Notes under the pieces: generated by a model
Seen by the model: the letters and a program-made list of their open reading frames with translations, nothing else
Database searches by the model: none
Told to the model about the DNA's origin: nothing
Source: Horticoccus luteus
Lineage (GTDB): Bacteria; Verrucomicrobiota; Verrucomicrobiia; Opitutales; Opitutaceae
DNA: 32,000 bases
Assembly (NCBI RefSeq): GCF_019464535.1
Contig: NZ_CP080507.1
Coordinates: 990,001 to 1,022,000, forward strand
Direction of reading: 5' to 3'
Part shown: piece by piece, positions 23,855 to 32,000 of the stretch
Layout: every line of letters begins with the position of its first letter
Position numbering within the stretch: position 1 is the first letter of the stretch
Program-made: the position numbers and the translations under genes

Positions 23855-25099
23855 ATGTCGCCCAACCTTGGCATCGCTTTTCGGTTTCTCACGGCGCGCA
23901 AGCGTGCGATGGCGATGAGCCTGGGTTGCACGATTCTGGGGGTGGGGCTGTTTATCGTGACTCAGGCCACGACCAGCGGCTTCCAGGATTTTTTCATCAA
24001 CACGATCCTGGGGACGGATGGCGCGATCCGGATCGAGGACAAGCTGCAGGACACGTTGCGGAGCATGACGGCGGGGCGGGGCTCGAATTTCGAGGTGAGC
24101 CAGCGCGACGCGCGCAAATACATCCCGGGGGTCGAGGACACGCGGCTCGTGATGGATGCGTTGCGGCAATTCCCCAACGTGGCGGGCATTTCGCCGGTGT
24201 TGCGGGGAAATGTTGTCGTGCGCAGCGCGTTCATGAATGAATCGGCGCAGGTTTTCGGAGTGGATTTGGATCAACACCTGAAGGTCTCCGATCTGGCGCA
24301 GCAGATCACGAGCGGGAGTCTGGCGTCATTTCGCGAATCGCCCTCGGCGGCGCTGATCGGCCGCGTGCTCGCGGACCGGCTGCAGTTGAAAGTAGGGGAT
24401 TCGTTTATGATCGATGCGCGGGGCGAGACGCGGCGTTACCATGTCGGGGGAATTTACGAGACGGGCGTCCGCGATATCGACAAAACGCGAATTTATGTGG
24501 ACTTGAGCGAGACGCGTTCGCTGCTGCACTACCCGACGGGGGTGACGTTTATTCAGTTGAGTCTGCACAACCCGACGCGCGCTCCGGAAGACGCGGCCCG
24601 CATCGAGACGGTGATCGGATACAGTGCGAAGGCGTGGCAGGAGCGGGAGAAATCGTGGCTGTCGGTGTTCCACGCGTTGCGGGTATCCTCGCTCATCACG
24701 GTGTCGGTCTTCACGTTGATCGCGAGTCTGGCGATGTTCAATACGCTCGCGATGATGGTCATCGAGAAAACCAAGGATATCGCGATCCTGCGCTCCATGG
24801 GTTACGATCGGCGCGATATCACCCAGATTTTCCTGTGGCTGGCGGCGGTGGTGCTGATCATCGGCGCGGTGCTGGGTTCGGCGTTTGGCGCCGCAGTGAC
24901 GTATGCGGTTTCCCTGATGCCGATCGGTCAGATTTCGGGGATATTCGCCACCAATCGCTACATTGTCGCGTGGTCGTGGCTGCATTATGCGGAGGCCATC
25001 GGCACCGCGGTGGTGATGGTGATGGTCGCGAGCCTCATTCCGGCGCGACGGGCGGCACGGCTTGAACCGGGCGACATCGTGCGAGGGTCCGCTCAATGA
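23855..25099 (+). CDS. ABC transporter permease, FtsX/MacB/LolC-E/DevC type
   Basis: N-terminal IAFRFLTARKRAMAMSLGCTILGVGLFIV (TM1), a ~220-aa periplasmic domain, and three C-terminal TMs containing TKDIAILRSMGYDRRDI and ending in PARRAARLEPGDIVRG. This is the type VII ABC topology. Confidence 0.85.
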   Translation: MSPNLGIAFRFLTARKRAMAMSLGCTILGVGLFIVTQATTSGFQDFFINTILGTDGAIRIEDKLQDTLRSMTAGRGSNFEVSQRDARKYIPGVEDTRLVMDALRQFPNVAGISPVLRGNVVVRSAFMNESAQVFGVDLDQHLKVSDLAQQITSGSLASFRESPSAALIGRVLADRLQLKVGDSFMIDARGETRRYHVGGIYETGVRDIDKTRIYVDLSETRSLLHYPTGVTFIQLSLHNPTRAPEDAARIETVIGYSAKAWQEREKSWLSVFHALRVSSLITVSVFTLIASLAMFNTLAMMVIEKTKDIAILRSMGYDRRDITQIFLWLAAVVLIIGAVLGSAFGAAVTYAVSLMPIGQISGIFATNRYIVAWSWLHYAEAIGTAVVMVMVASLIPARRAARLEPGDIVRGSAQ

Positions 25100-25794
25100 G
25101 GGCCGACGCCAATGTGGCTCCGGCGATCCGCTGCGTGGACTTGCACCGCTATCTCGGGCGCGACGAAGGTCGCGTCCATGTGCTGAAAGGGGTGTCGTTT
25201 GAAGCGCGGGCCGGCGAGATCAACGCGATCGTAGGACCGTCGGGGTGCGGCAAATCGACGTTGCTTTATCTGCTGGGCTTGCTCGATCAACCCGATGGCG
25301 GAGAAATCCAGATCGGAGGCAGGATCGTGTCGCACACCGACGATCTGGCGCGCACCGCAGCGCGGGCGGAGCATATCGGGTTCGTGTTTCAATTTCACTT
25401 TCTGATGCTGGAATTCACCGCCTTGGAAAATGTGCTGATGCCGATGCGCAAGCTCGGGCGCCTCGCGCCGGCGGCGATGAAAGAACGCGCCCACGAACTG
25501 CTCCGGACCGTGGGATTGGGTGATAAGACTCATCGCCTCGGCACGCACCTGTCGGGTGGAGAACAGCAGCGGGTGGCGGTCGCGCGCGCGCTCGCCAACC
25601 AGCCATCACTCCTGCTCGCCGATGAGCCGACGGGTAATCTCGATGCCGCGAATTCGACGTTGGTGTTTGACTTGCTCACGAGGCTGGCCCGCGAAAACGG
25701 TCAGGCCGTGGTGCTGGTCACGCACAACCACGATATCGCGCAGCGCTGCGATGCGATCTTTGCGATGCGTGACGGACGGTTCGTCGCAGAGTGA
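25096..25794 (+). CDS. ABC transporter ATP-binding protein (MacB/LolD/DevA-like)
   Basis: Walker A GPSGCGKST, Q-loop, signature LSGGEQQRVAVARAL, Walker B LLLADEPTGNLD, H-loop VTHN. ATGA overlap with the permease stop. Confidence 0.9.
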   Translation: MRADANVAPAIRCVDLHRYLGRDEGRVHVLKGVSFEARAGEINAIVGPSGCGKSTLLYLLGLLDQPDGGEIQIGGRIVSHTDDLARTAARAEHIGFVFQFHFLMLEFTALENVLMPMRKLGRLAPAAMKERAHELLRTVGLGDKTHRLGTHLSGGEQQRVAVARALANQPSLLLADEPTGNLDAANSTLVFDLLTRLARENGQAVVLVTHNHDIAQRCDAIFAMRDGRFVAE

Positions 25795-25933
25795 CGCAGA
25801 ACGGATTAGCGCGAGCATTCCGCCTCGCCGCGCGTTCTAATTTCACCCGCCGGGAAAAGCTTCGGAAAATATTTGGTTTACAACGCAAACTCCGCTCCGT
25901 TCCTTCACAACGATTTCAACCCGCAACCTGCAC

Positions 25934-26122
25934 GTGGATCACGCTCTTTCCCGCAAAAATTTCTTCGCCAAGCTGACCGGGCTTATTGCCTTGGCCGGCG
26001 TGGCCCCGCAGGCGCTCATGAAACGCGCCTCGGCGACGAGCAATCGCGCCGCGCCGAAAAATCAACCGTTCCAAATTCGCCCCGAGCCGCGTGCCGTTGC
26101 GCGTGACGGCGCCTCGCTTTAA
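25934..26122 (+). CDS. Hypothetical small protein (62 aa) with a Tat-signal-like N-terminus
   Basis: GTG-initiated ORF in the 361-nt gap upstream of actA. The N-terminus SRKNFFAKLTGLIALAGVAPQA resembles a twin-arginine leader with an RK variant. Third-codon positions are GC-rich, as in neighbouring genes. No homologue recognised, so it may be spurious. Confidence 0.3.
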   Translation: MDHALSRKNFFAKLTGLIALAGVAPQALMKRASATSNRAAPKNQPFQIRPEPRAVARDGASL

Positions 26123-26155
26123 GCGGGATTTTGGCTCACCCGTCCACTCGCGCCC

Positions 26156-26809
26156 ATGTCGAAACTATTCCCGAAAGCGGCCAATCGGTTGCCGCTGCAG
26201 ATCGTCATTTTCCTGGTTTTGGTCGGAGGCATCGCGACCGCGGGCGTCACCTATTACATGACGCCGAAATACACGCGCGTCGGTTACGCCCCGGTGCAGC
26301 CGGTGCCGTTCAGCCACGCCCAGCATGCGGGCGAGCTCGGCATCGATTGCCGTTACTGCCACAGCAACGTTGAGAAGTCCGGTTTCTCGAATGTGCCCAC
26401 GTCGCAGACGTGCATGAACTGCCATAACCAGATCAAGACCCAAAGCCCGCTGTTGGAGCCTGTGCGGCACAGTTATGCGACGGGTGAGGCAGTGCCGTGG
26501 GTGCAGATTCATTCCACGCCCGACTTCGTTTACTTCAACCACGCGGTGCACGTGAATCGCGGCGTCAGTTGCTGGGAGTGCCACGGCCAGATCAATCAAA
26601 TGGAGGTCGTGCGCCATGAGAAACCGCTCAGCATGTCGTGGTGCTTGGATTGTCACCGCAATCCGGGTCCCCATCTGCGCCCACGCGATCAGATCACGAA
26701 TCTCGACTGGCGACCGGCCAGCCCGGAAGCCCAGGAGAAACTGGGTCGGGATTTGGTTGCGCACATGAAGATTAACCCGCCGCAAAGCTGCTCTGGCTGC
26801 CATCGATGA
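26156..26809 (+). CDS. actA: Alternative Complex III subunit ActA, membrane-anchored pentahaem cytochrome c
   Basis: N-terminal TM helix (LPLQIVIFLVLVGGIATAGVTYYM) and five CxxCH motifs: CRYCH, CMNCH, CWECH, CLDCH, CSGCH. Position directly upstream of actB, with an ATGA overlap. Confidence 0.85.
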   Translation: MSKLFPKAANRLPLQIVIFLVLVGGIATAGVTYYMTPKYTRVGYAPVQPVPFSHAQHAGELGIDCRYCHSNVEKSGFSNVPTSQTCMNCHNQIKTQSPLLEPVRHSYATGEAVPWVQIHSTPDFVYFNHAVHVNRGVSCWECHGQINQMEVVRHEKPLSMSWCLDCHRNPGPHLRPRDQITNLDWRPASPEAQEKLGRDLVAHMKINPPQSCSGCHR

Positions 26810-29800
26810 AACGAATCGTTCAACATCCCCAACCGTCGCCGCGCGAGCTGACTGGTCCGAAATATTGGCGCAGCTTGGATGAGCTAGCCAACACGCCGGG
26901 ATTTCAGGAACAGGTGGCCCGTGAATTTCCGGGTGGCGCCGCGGAACTGAACGGCGTCGATCGCCGGCAGTTCATGAAGATCATGGCGGCTTCGTTTGCG
27001 CTGGGTGGGATCGGTCTCGCCGGCTGCCGCCGCCCCGAGAAGCATATTTTGCCTTACGGCAAGTCGGTCGAGGGTGTCATTCCCGGACTGCCATTGTATT
27101 TCGCCACGGCGATGCCGATGCGCGGAGGAGCCATTCCGCTGCTGGCGGAAACGCACGAAGGGCGCCCCACCAAGGTGGAAGGCAATCCGAGCTACGCGCC
27201 CCACGGCGGTGCCGCATCGGCCATTGCGCAAGCATCCCTGTTGGAGCTTTACGATCCGGACCGGGCGACGACGCACACGAAGGGCGGAGCAACGTTGGAT
27301 CGCGAGGCGGTGGATGCCTTGCTCGCCAAGCTCAGCACCGACCACGCGGGGAACGCCGGCGCGGGTCTTGCGTTTTTGGCTGAAGAATCCAGTTCGCCTA
27401 CCCGCACTCGGCTGGTGGCGGCTCTGCGGGCGAAATTTCCGCAAGCGATTTGGGCGGAATATGAGCCAGTCAGCGGTGAGGTGACCAGCGCTGCGCGCAC
27501 AATTTTCGGGGCGCACGTCAAGCCGTTGTATCGTTTTGACCGGGCTGACCGCGTGGTCTCGCTCGACGCCGATTTTCTCCATTCGGAGGAGGGCAGCCTC
27601 ATCTACGCACGTGATTTCTCGAAAAAACGGCGCGTAACGAAAAAGGAAGATGCGATGAACCGCCTGTATATGGCGGAGAGTGGCTTTACGATCACCGGAA
27701 CGATGGCGGATCATCGCCTGCGGCTGGCTACGAGCCACATGGTCGGGCTCGCGGCGGCGTTGGCGGGGAAGATCACGGGGTCGTCGGATTATAGCGGTCT
27801 CGCCCAAGGGTTGACCGGTGTGCCGTCAGGCTGGGTCGAGGAATGCGCCGCCGATTTGGCGCAGCATCGAGGACGTTGCGTGGTGATCGCCGGCGCGCAT
27901 CTGCCAGCGGCTGCGCACGCATTGGCGCACGCCATGAACGCCGCGCTTGGCAATCTCGGACAGACCGTCGAGTTGGCGACGTTGGCAGAAAACAATGCCT
28001 CGTCCATTCAGGATCTGGCGAGGTCGATCAAGGGCGGAGCAGTCAAGACGCTGGTGATTCTTGGCGGGAATCCCGCTTACAATGCCCCGGCGGAACTTGG
28101 GTGGGCGGCCTTGCAAAAGTCGGTCGCCGACGTGGTTCATTTCAGTTACTATCAGAACGAGACCTCGGTGCTCGCTGGAACGCACATCGCAGCGACGCAC
28201 TATCTCGAATCGTGGGGCGATGCACGCACGATGGAGGGGATTATCGTCCCGATCCAGCCGATGATCCTGCCGCTGTTCGGCGGTTACACGGAAATCGAAG
28301 TGCTCGCGAAGATTGCCGGTGAAAAAGAAACCGACCCGCATGGCATGGTGCGCGCGACGTTTGCCGGAGTGGTGGGCGAGGGCGTCGACGCGGAGAAAGC
28401 GTTCCACAAATTTCTCCATGACGGCTTGCTGGAAGGTTCGGCTTATCCGATTTCCGGTGGCGGCATCAATTCCGCAGGCCTGAAAAGCCTCACGGATGCG
28501 GCCGGTTCGCCGTCTGCGACAACGTTGTCGCAACAGAACCTCGAGGTGCGCTTTTGCGCCGACTACAAAGTCGATGACGGCCGATTTGCCAATAACGGCT
28601 GGCTGCAGGAACTGCCGGATCCGATCACCCGCATTTGTTGGGACAATGCCATTCTCGTCAGTCCGCACCTCGCGAAGGAGCTCGGCATCTTGCCGAAAGG
28701 AGCTTTGGTGCAGGTGGCGCGCATTGAATTGGCGGATTCCGACAATGGTCGGGAAATGGCCCACGAAGCGGAGATCACGCTGAATGGTCGTACGATTCGC
28801 GGTCCGTTGCACATTCAGCCGGGTCTCTCGAACTACACGCTCATCCTTTCTCTCGGTTATGGTCGGACCACGACCGGCCGCGTCGGCGAAGGCGCCGGCA
28901 CGAACGTCTACCCGCTCAGGACGACGGAAGGACTTCACTTTGCCACTGGTGCAAAGGTTTCACTTACCGGCAAACGCATCGCTCTCGCCAATACCCAGGA
29001 ACACTGGTCGATGGAAGGGCGCGGCATCGTGCGGGAGGCCAATCTCGAGGAATACCAAGAGAATCCGGCGTTTGTGAAGGAGATCGGCATGGAGGCGGAA
29101 ACCCCGCCGGTTTATGGTCAGAATGGCGCGGCGATTCCGCTCGCGACCAAATCGACGACGATCCCCCGCGGAAACTCGCTCTATAAAACGCCGGAATTTG
29201 ATGGTGTTCACCAATGGGGCATGAGCATCGATCTAAACACCTGCATCGGGTGCAACGCCTGCGTGATTGCCTGCCAATCTGAGAATAACATCCCGATTGT
29301 CGGTCGCGATCAGGTCTTGCGCGGTCGGCAAATGCATTGGATCCGCATCGACCGTTATTATTCCGACGGTCGTGCCGACGCGGCGGCATTTGGCGGCGAA
29401 GGCAACCGGGAAATCCCGCAGGATCCGCAAGTCTCGCTCCAGCCGATGGCCTGCGTGCAATGCGAGCTCGCGCCGTGCGAAACGGTGTGCCCGGTCAACG
29501 CCACCGTCCACGACGACGAAGGACTAAACGTCATGGCTTACAACCGCTGTATTGGCACACGATACTGCGCAAACAATTGCCCTTACAAAGTCCGGCGATT
29601 TAACTTCTTCGACTGGAATCAGCGGTCACTCGATAGTTTGTATATGGGACCGCTCGGGCCGCACGGCATGCCGGAACTGGTCCAGATGTCGAAGAATCCC
29701 CAAGTCACCGTGCGGATGCGCGGCGTGATGGAGAAGTGCACGTATTGCGTGCAGCGCATCGAAAACGGGAAAATTCAGCACAAGGTAAAGGTGGCGCAGG

Positions 29801-30189
29801 AAGGCAATCCCGGCGATGTCGTGGTGCCGGACGGCGTCATCAAGACGGCTTGTCAGCAGACTTGTCCGGTGGGTGCCATCGTGTTCGGCAACATTCGTGA
29901 TCCGGAGAGCGCGGTTTCGAAGGCGAAGGCGCGCGAGCAGGATTACGCGGTGCTCGGCTATCTGAACACGCGTCCGCGCACGACTTACCTGGGTAAGCTG
30001 CGCAACCCGAATCCGCGTATGCCCGACTTCCAAAAACTGCCGTTTACGCGGCAGGAGCAAAATCGCAAAAGCCATCCCGCCTCCGCAGGCGCGGAAGGTG
30101 GCGCGCACGGCGAAGGCCACGGAGAAATGAAGAAGCAAGCAGACCACGCGATGCTCGATTCCGCCAAACGTTTAGGAGGCGTTAGCTAA
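26806..30189 (+). CDS. actB: Alternative Complex III subunit ActB (fused molybdopterin-oxidoreductase-like B1 domain plus 4Fe-4S ferredoxin-like B2 domain)
   Basis: Tat motif [23 protein letters not shown], with the RR codons at 26962..26967. A ~750-aa CISM-like domain follows. From ~29221 come the Fe-S cluster motifs [46 protein letters not shown] and [10 protein letters not shown]. The 1127-aa size matches fused ActB. Confidence 0.9.
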   Translation: MKRIVQHPQPSPRELTGPKYWRSLDELANTPGFQEQVAREFPGGAAELNGVDRRQFMKIMAASFALGGIGLAGCRRPEKHILPYGKSVEGVIPGLPLYFATAMPMRGGAIPLLAETHEGRPTKVEGNPSYAPHGGAASAIAQASLLELYDPDRATTHTKGGATLDREAVDALLAKLSTDHAGNAGAGLAFLAEESSSPTRTRLVAALRAKFPQAIWAEYEPVSGEVTSAARTIFGAHVKPLYRFDRADRVVSLDADFLHSEEGSLIYARDFSKKRRVTKKEDAMNRLYMAESGFTITGTMADHRLRLATSHMVGLAAALAGKITGSSDYSGLAQGLTGVPSGWVEECAADLAQHRGRCVVIAGAHLPAAAHALAHAMNAALGNLGQTVELATLAENNASSIQDLARSIKGGAVKTLVILGGNPAYNAPAELGWAALQKSVADVVHFSYYQNETSVLAGTHIAATHYLESWGDARTMEGIIVPIQPMILPLFGGYTEIEVLAKIAGEKETDPHGMVRATFAGVVGEGVDAEKAFHKFLHDGLLEGSAYPISGGGINSAGLKSLTDAAGSPSATTLSQQNLEVRFCADYKVDDGRFANNGWLQELPDPITRICWDNAILVSPHLAKELGILPKGALVQVARIELADSDNGREMAHEAEITLNGRTIRGPLHIQPGLSNYTLILSLGYGRTTTGRVGEGAGTNVYPLRTTEGLHFATGAKVSLTGKRIALANTQEHWSMEGRGIVREANLEEYQENPAFVKEIGMEAETPPVYGQNGAAIPLATKSTTIPRGNSLYKTPEFDGVHQWGMSIDLNTCIGCNACVIACQSENNIPIVGRDQVLRGRQMHWIRIDRYYSDGRADAAAFGGEGNREIPQDPQVSLQPMACVQCELAPCETVCPVNATVHDDEGLNVMAYNRCIGTRYCANNCPYKVRRFNFFDWNQRSLDSLYMGPLGPHGMPELVQMSKNPQVTVRMRGVMEKCTYCVQRIENGKIQHKVKVAQEGNPGDVVVPDGVIKTACQQTCPVGAIVFGNIRDPESAVSKAKAREQDYAVLGYLNTRPRTTYLGKLRNPNPRMPDFQKLPFTRQEQNRKSHPASAGAEGGAHGEGHGEMKKQADHAMLDSAKRLGGVS

Positions 30190-31676
30190 TGGCTCACGTC
30201 GAACAAACCGCCCCTCCGGCTATTCTGCGGGAGGTCAAGCCAGCCATTTTGCCGCGCGCAGAGTTGGTCGAGCATGGCCGCAGCTTCACTTGGATTACAG
30301 AGAAGATCTGTGGGATCGTGGAAGGCCAAACCCCGACGTGGTGGTGGTGGTGCTTCGCGGTCGCTTGCTTTGTCGCTTCGTTTACCTTTGCGGGCATCAC
30401 CTACCTTGTCGCCACCGGCGTCGGTGTGTGGGGCCATCGCAATCCCGTGAACTGGGGCTGGCCGATCGTGAACTTCGTTTTCTGGATCGGTATCGGTCAC
30501 GCCGGCACTTTGATCTCCGCGATCTTGTGCCTGTTGCGCCAAAAGTGGCGGACGTCGATCAACCGTTCCGCGGAGGCGATGACGATCTTCGCCGTCGTCT
30601 GCGCCGGCATTTTCCCGGTCTTTCACGTTGGTCGCGTTTGGTATGCATGGTTCTTGTTCCCGATCCCGAATTCCAACGCGATCTGGCAGAATTTCCGCTC
30701 ACCGTTGGAATGGGACGTGTTCGCTGTTTCGACCTACGGAACGGTTTCGGTGCTCTTTTGGTATGTCGGTATGATTCCTGATCTGGCGGTCTTGCGTGAC
30801 CGTTTTCAGGAAAAAGGGCGCCGCGTCCGCTCCTTCTGCTACGGCCTGTTCGCGATGGGGTGGCGTGGATCGAACCGCCATTGGAGCAACTACGAAATGG
30901 CGTATTTAATCTTGGCCGGCATCGCGACGCCGCTCGTGCTTTCGGTGCACACGGTCGTTTCGTTCGACTTCGCAGTCGCGCTGATCCCAGGCTGGCATAC
31001 AACAATTTTCCCGCCGTATTTCGTGGCGGGCGCAATCTTCTCAGGCTTCGGCATGGTGCTGACCCTGATGCTGCCCTTGCGATCGATCTACCGCCTCGAA
31101 GATCTCATTACGCAGTATCACATCGACTGCATGTGCAAGATCACCCTCGCGACGGGCACGATGGTCGGATATGCCTACGCGATGGAGTTCTTCATCGCGT
31201 GGTATGGCGCGAATCCGTTTGAAGGCTTCACGTTTATCAACCGCGCGTTCGGCCCTTATGCTTGGGCGTATTGGATCATGATTTCCTGCAACGTCATCAC
31301 GCCGCAGTTCTTCTGGTTCAAGTCCGTCCGTCGCAATACGACGATGGTTTGGGTGCTGTCGTTGTTCGTGAACGTAGGCATGTGGTTTGAGCGTTTTGTC
31401 ATCATCTGCACGTCGCTCACCCGTGATTTTCTCCCGTCGAGCTGGGGTTATCTCAGCCCGACCGTGGTCGATATCTTCACATTCTTCGGCACCTTCGGGC
31501 TGTTTTCCGTCCTCTTCTTGCTCTTCATCCGCTTCCTGCCTCTGATGGCGATTGCCGAACTGAAGGTAGTAACGCCGCAGGCGGACGTGCATGGACCGCA
31601 CGGTACGCCGGAGCATGCCACGGGTTTTGGTGATCCGGTGGAAGTTGAACAAGGCGGTCCGAGCCCGAAACACTAA
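30189..31676 (+). CDS. actC: Alternative Complex III subunit ActC (NrfD/PsrC-like quinol-interacting membrane subunit)
   Basis: Polytopic 495-aa protein with NrfD-family segments: [57 protein letters not shown] sits 12 nt upstream of the ATG. TAATG junction with actB. Confidence 0.9.
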   Translation: MAHVEQTAPPAILREVKPAILPRAELVEHGRSFTWITEKICGIVEGQTPTWWWWCFAVACFVASFTFAGITYLVATGVGVWGHRNPVNWGWPIVNFVFWIGIGHAGTLISAILCLLRQKWRTSINRSAEAMTIFAVVCAGIFPVFHVGRVWYAWFLFPIPNSNAIWQNFRSPLEWDVFAVSTYGTVSVLFWYVGMIPDLAVLRDRFQEKGRRVRSFCYGLFAMGWRGSNRHWSNYEMAYLILAGIATPLVLSVHTVVSFDFAVALIPGWHTTIFPPYFVAGAIFSGFGMVLTLMLPLRSIYRLEDLITQYHIDCMCKITLATGTMVGYAYAMEFFIAWYGANPFEGFTFINRAFGPYAWAYWIMISCNVITPQFFWFKSVRRNTTMVWVLSLFVNVGMWFERFVIICTSLTRDFLPSSWGYLSPTVVDIFTFFGTFGLFSVLFLLFIRFLPLMAIAELKVVTPQADVHGPHGTPEHATGFGDPVEVEQGGPSPKH

Positions 31677-31682
31677 ACGACC

Positions 31683-32000
31683 ATGGCTGCACAAACTTAC
31701 GGCCTGATCGCCACTTTCGATAATACGCCCGCGCTTTATCACGCGGCGCAGCAAGTGCGCGATGCCGGCTACAAGAACTGGGACTGTATCACTCCGTTTC
31801 CCGTGCACGGGCTTGATCGTGCGATGGGCTTGCGTCGCTCGATCGTGCCCCGCATTTCCCTCGTCGGTGGCATTACCGGCTTTTGCACCGGCATGCTGCT
31901 CATCTGGTGGGCGAACGGTTTCGAATATAAACTCATCGTCGGCGGCAAACCGTACTTCAGTCCGATGTTTGCGTTTCCGATCAGCTATGAGCTGACGATT
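31683..32000 (+). CDS. actD: Alternative Complex III subunit ActD (DUF3341-like), 5' part, truncated by the window end
   Basis: Translated by hand from ATG 31683: MAAQTYGLIATFDNTPALYHAAQQVRDAGYKNWDCITPFPVHGLDRAMGLRRSIVPRISLVGGITGFCTGMLLIWWANGFEYKLIVGGKPYFSPMFAFPISYELTI. The soluble N-terminus followed by a TM helix, and the position after actC, fit ActD. This ORF is open at the window end and absent from the ORF track. Confidence 0.75.
   Translation, partial: MAAQTYGLIATFDNTPALYHAAQQVRDAGYKNWDCITPFPVHGLDRAMGLRRSIVPRISLVGGITGFCTGMLLIWWANGFEYKLIVGGKPYFSPMFAFPISYELTI

Noticed and set aside
21410-23931. Two very long minus-strand ORFs (21410..22696, 428 aa; 22654..23931, 425 aa) antisense to the TolC-family and HlyD-family genes
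   Set aside because: Their translations are Arg/Pro/His-rich low-complexity sequence with no recognisable motifs. The plus-strand frames carry clear OMF and MFP family features. They are typical stop-poor antisense frames of GC-rich coding DNA.
25806-25840. Imperfect GC-rich inverted repeat (TTAGCGCGAG ... CTCGCCGCGCGTTCTAA) just after the ABC ATPase stop, considered as an intrinsic terminator
   Set aside because: The stem is only ~7 bp with a bulge, and the downstream run is just TTT within CTAATTTCACCC. This is too weak to call a Rho-independent terminator from sequence alone.
24326-31808. Other long antisense ORFs (24326..25096, 26165..26803, 26884..27807, 27826..28938, 29626..30147, 31041..31808) opposite the permease and ACIII genes
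   Set aside because: Same reasoning: the sense frames have unambiguous FtsX, CxxCH, Fe-S and NrfD features. The antisense translations are R/H/D-rich without motifs.
1-32000. Search for CRISPR arrays, tRNA/rRNA genes, IS elements, integrases, phage genes, toxin-antitoxin pairs or defence-system ATPases/nucleases
   Set aside because: No direct-repeat/spacer periodicity, no cloverleaf-capable intergenic sequence, and no transposase, integrase or nuclease-like ORF was seen. Intergenic space is minimal apart from 25795..26155. The window looks like core and accessory envelope and respiration genes, not a mobile or defence island.

Overview
GC-rich bacterial chromosomal window (about 60% GC by eye, not computed), almost fully coding, with three functional blocks. 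No tools were run: all family calls rest on motifs read from the ORF translations and on recalled reference sequences.

(1) 82..21219 is a ~21-kb cell-surface glycan locus of the ABC-transporter-dependent (Wzm/Wzt) type, nearly all on the minus strand. It holds two tandem GDP-mannose-4,6-dehydratase-family genes, wzm, wzt with a C-terminal glycan-binding domain, two DegT-family aminotransferases and a left-handed-beta-helix (LbH) acyltransferase. It also holds three glycosyltransferases (two with coiled-coil tails) and a SAM methyltransferase plus a degenerate paralogous domain.

The most unusual part is an operon combining two modules:
- An ACP / AMP-ligase / Fe-alcohol dehydrogenase / LuxE / LuxC / WecD-like / WecE-like acyl-aminosugar cassette.
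- An Arn/Gtr-like polyprenyl-phosphate module: an ArnC-like GT2, a 627-aa GT-C-like membrane protein and an ArnE-like small flippase.

(2) 21359..25794, on the plus strand, is a four-gene tripartite ABC efflux system: TolC-family outer membrane factor (OMF), HlyD adaptor, FtsX-type permease and ATPase.

(3) 26156..32000, on the plus strand, is the start of an Alternative Complex III operon (actA, actB, actC, partial actD). It follows a 361-nt gap containing a small Tat-signal-like ORF.

No rRNA, tRNA, CRISPR array, transposase or integrase was seen. Several ORF-track starts were re-assigned using conserved N-termini and a recurring ATGA/GTGA stop-start overlap. Many long ORFs antisense to real genes are GC-driven shadows and were rejected.
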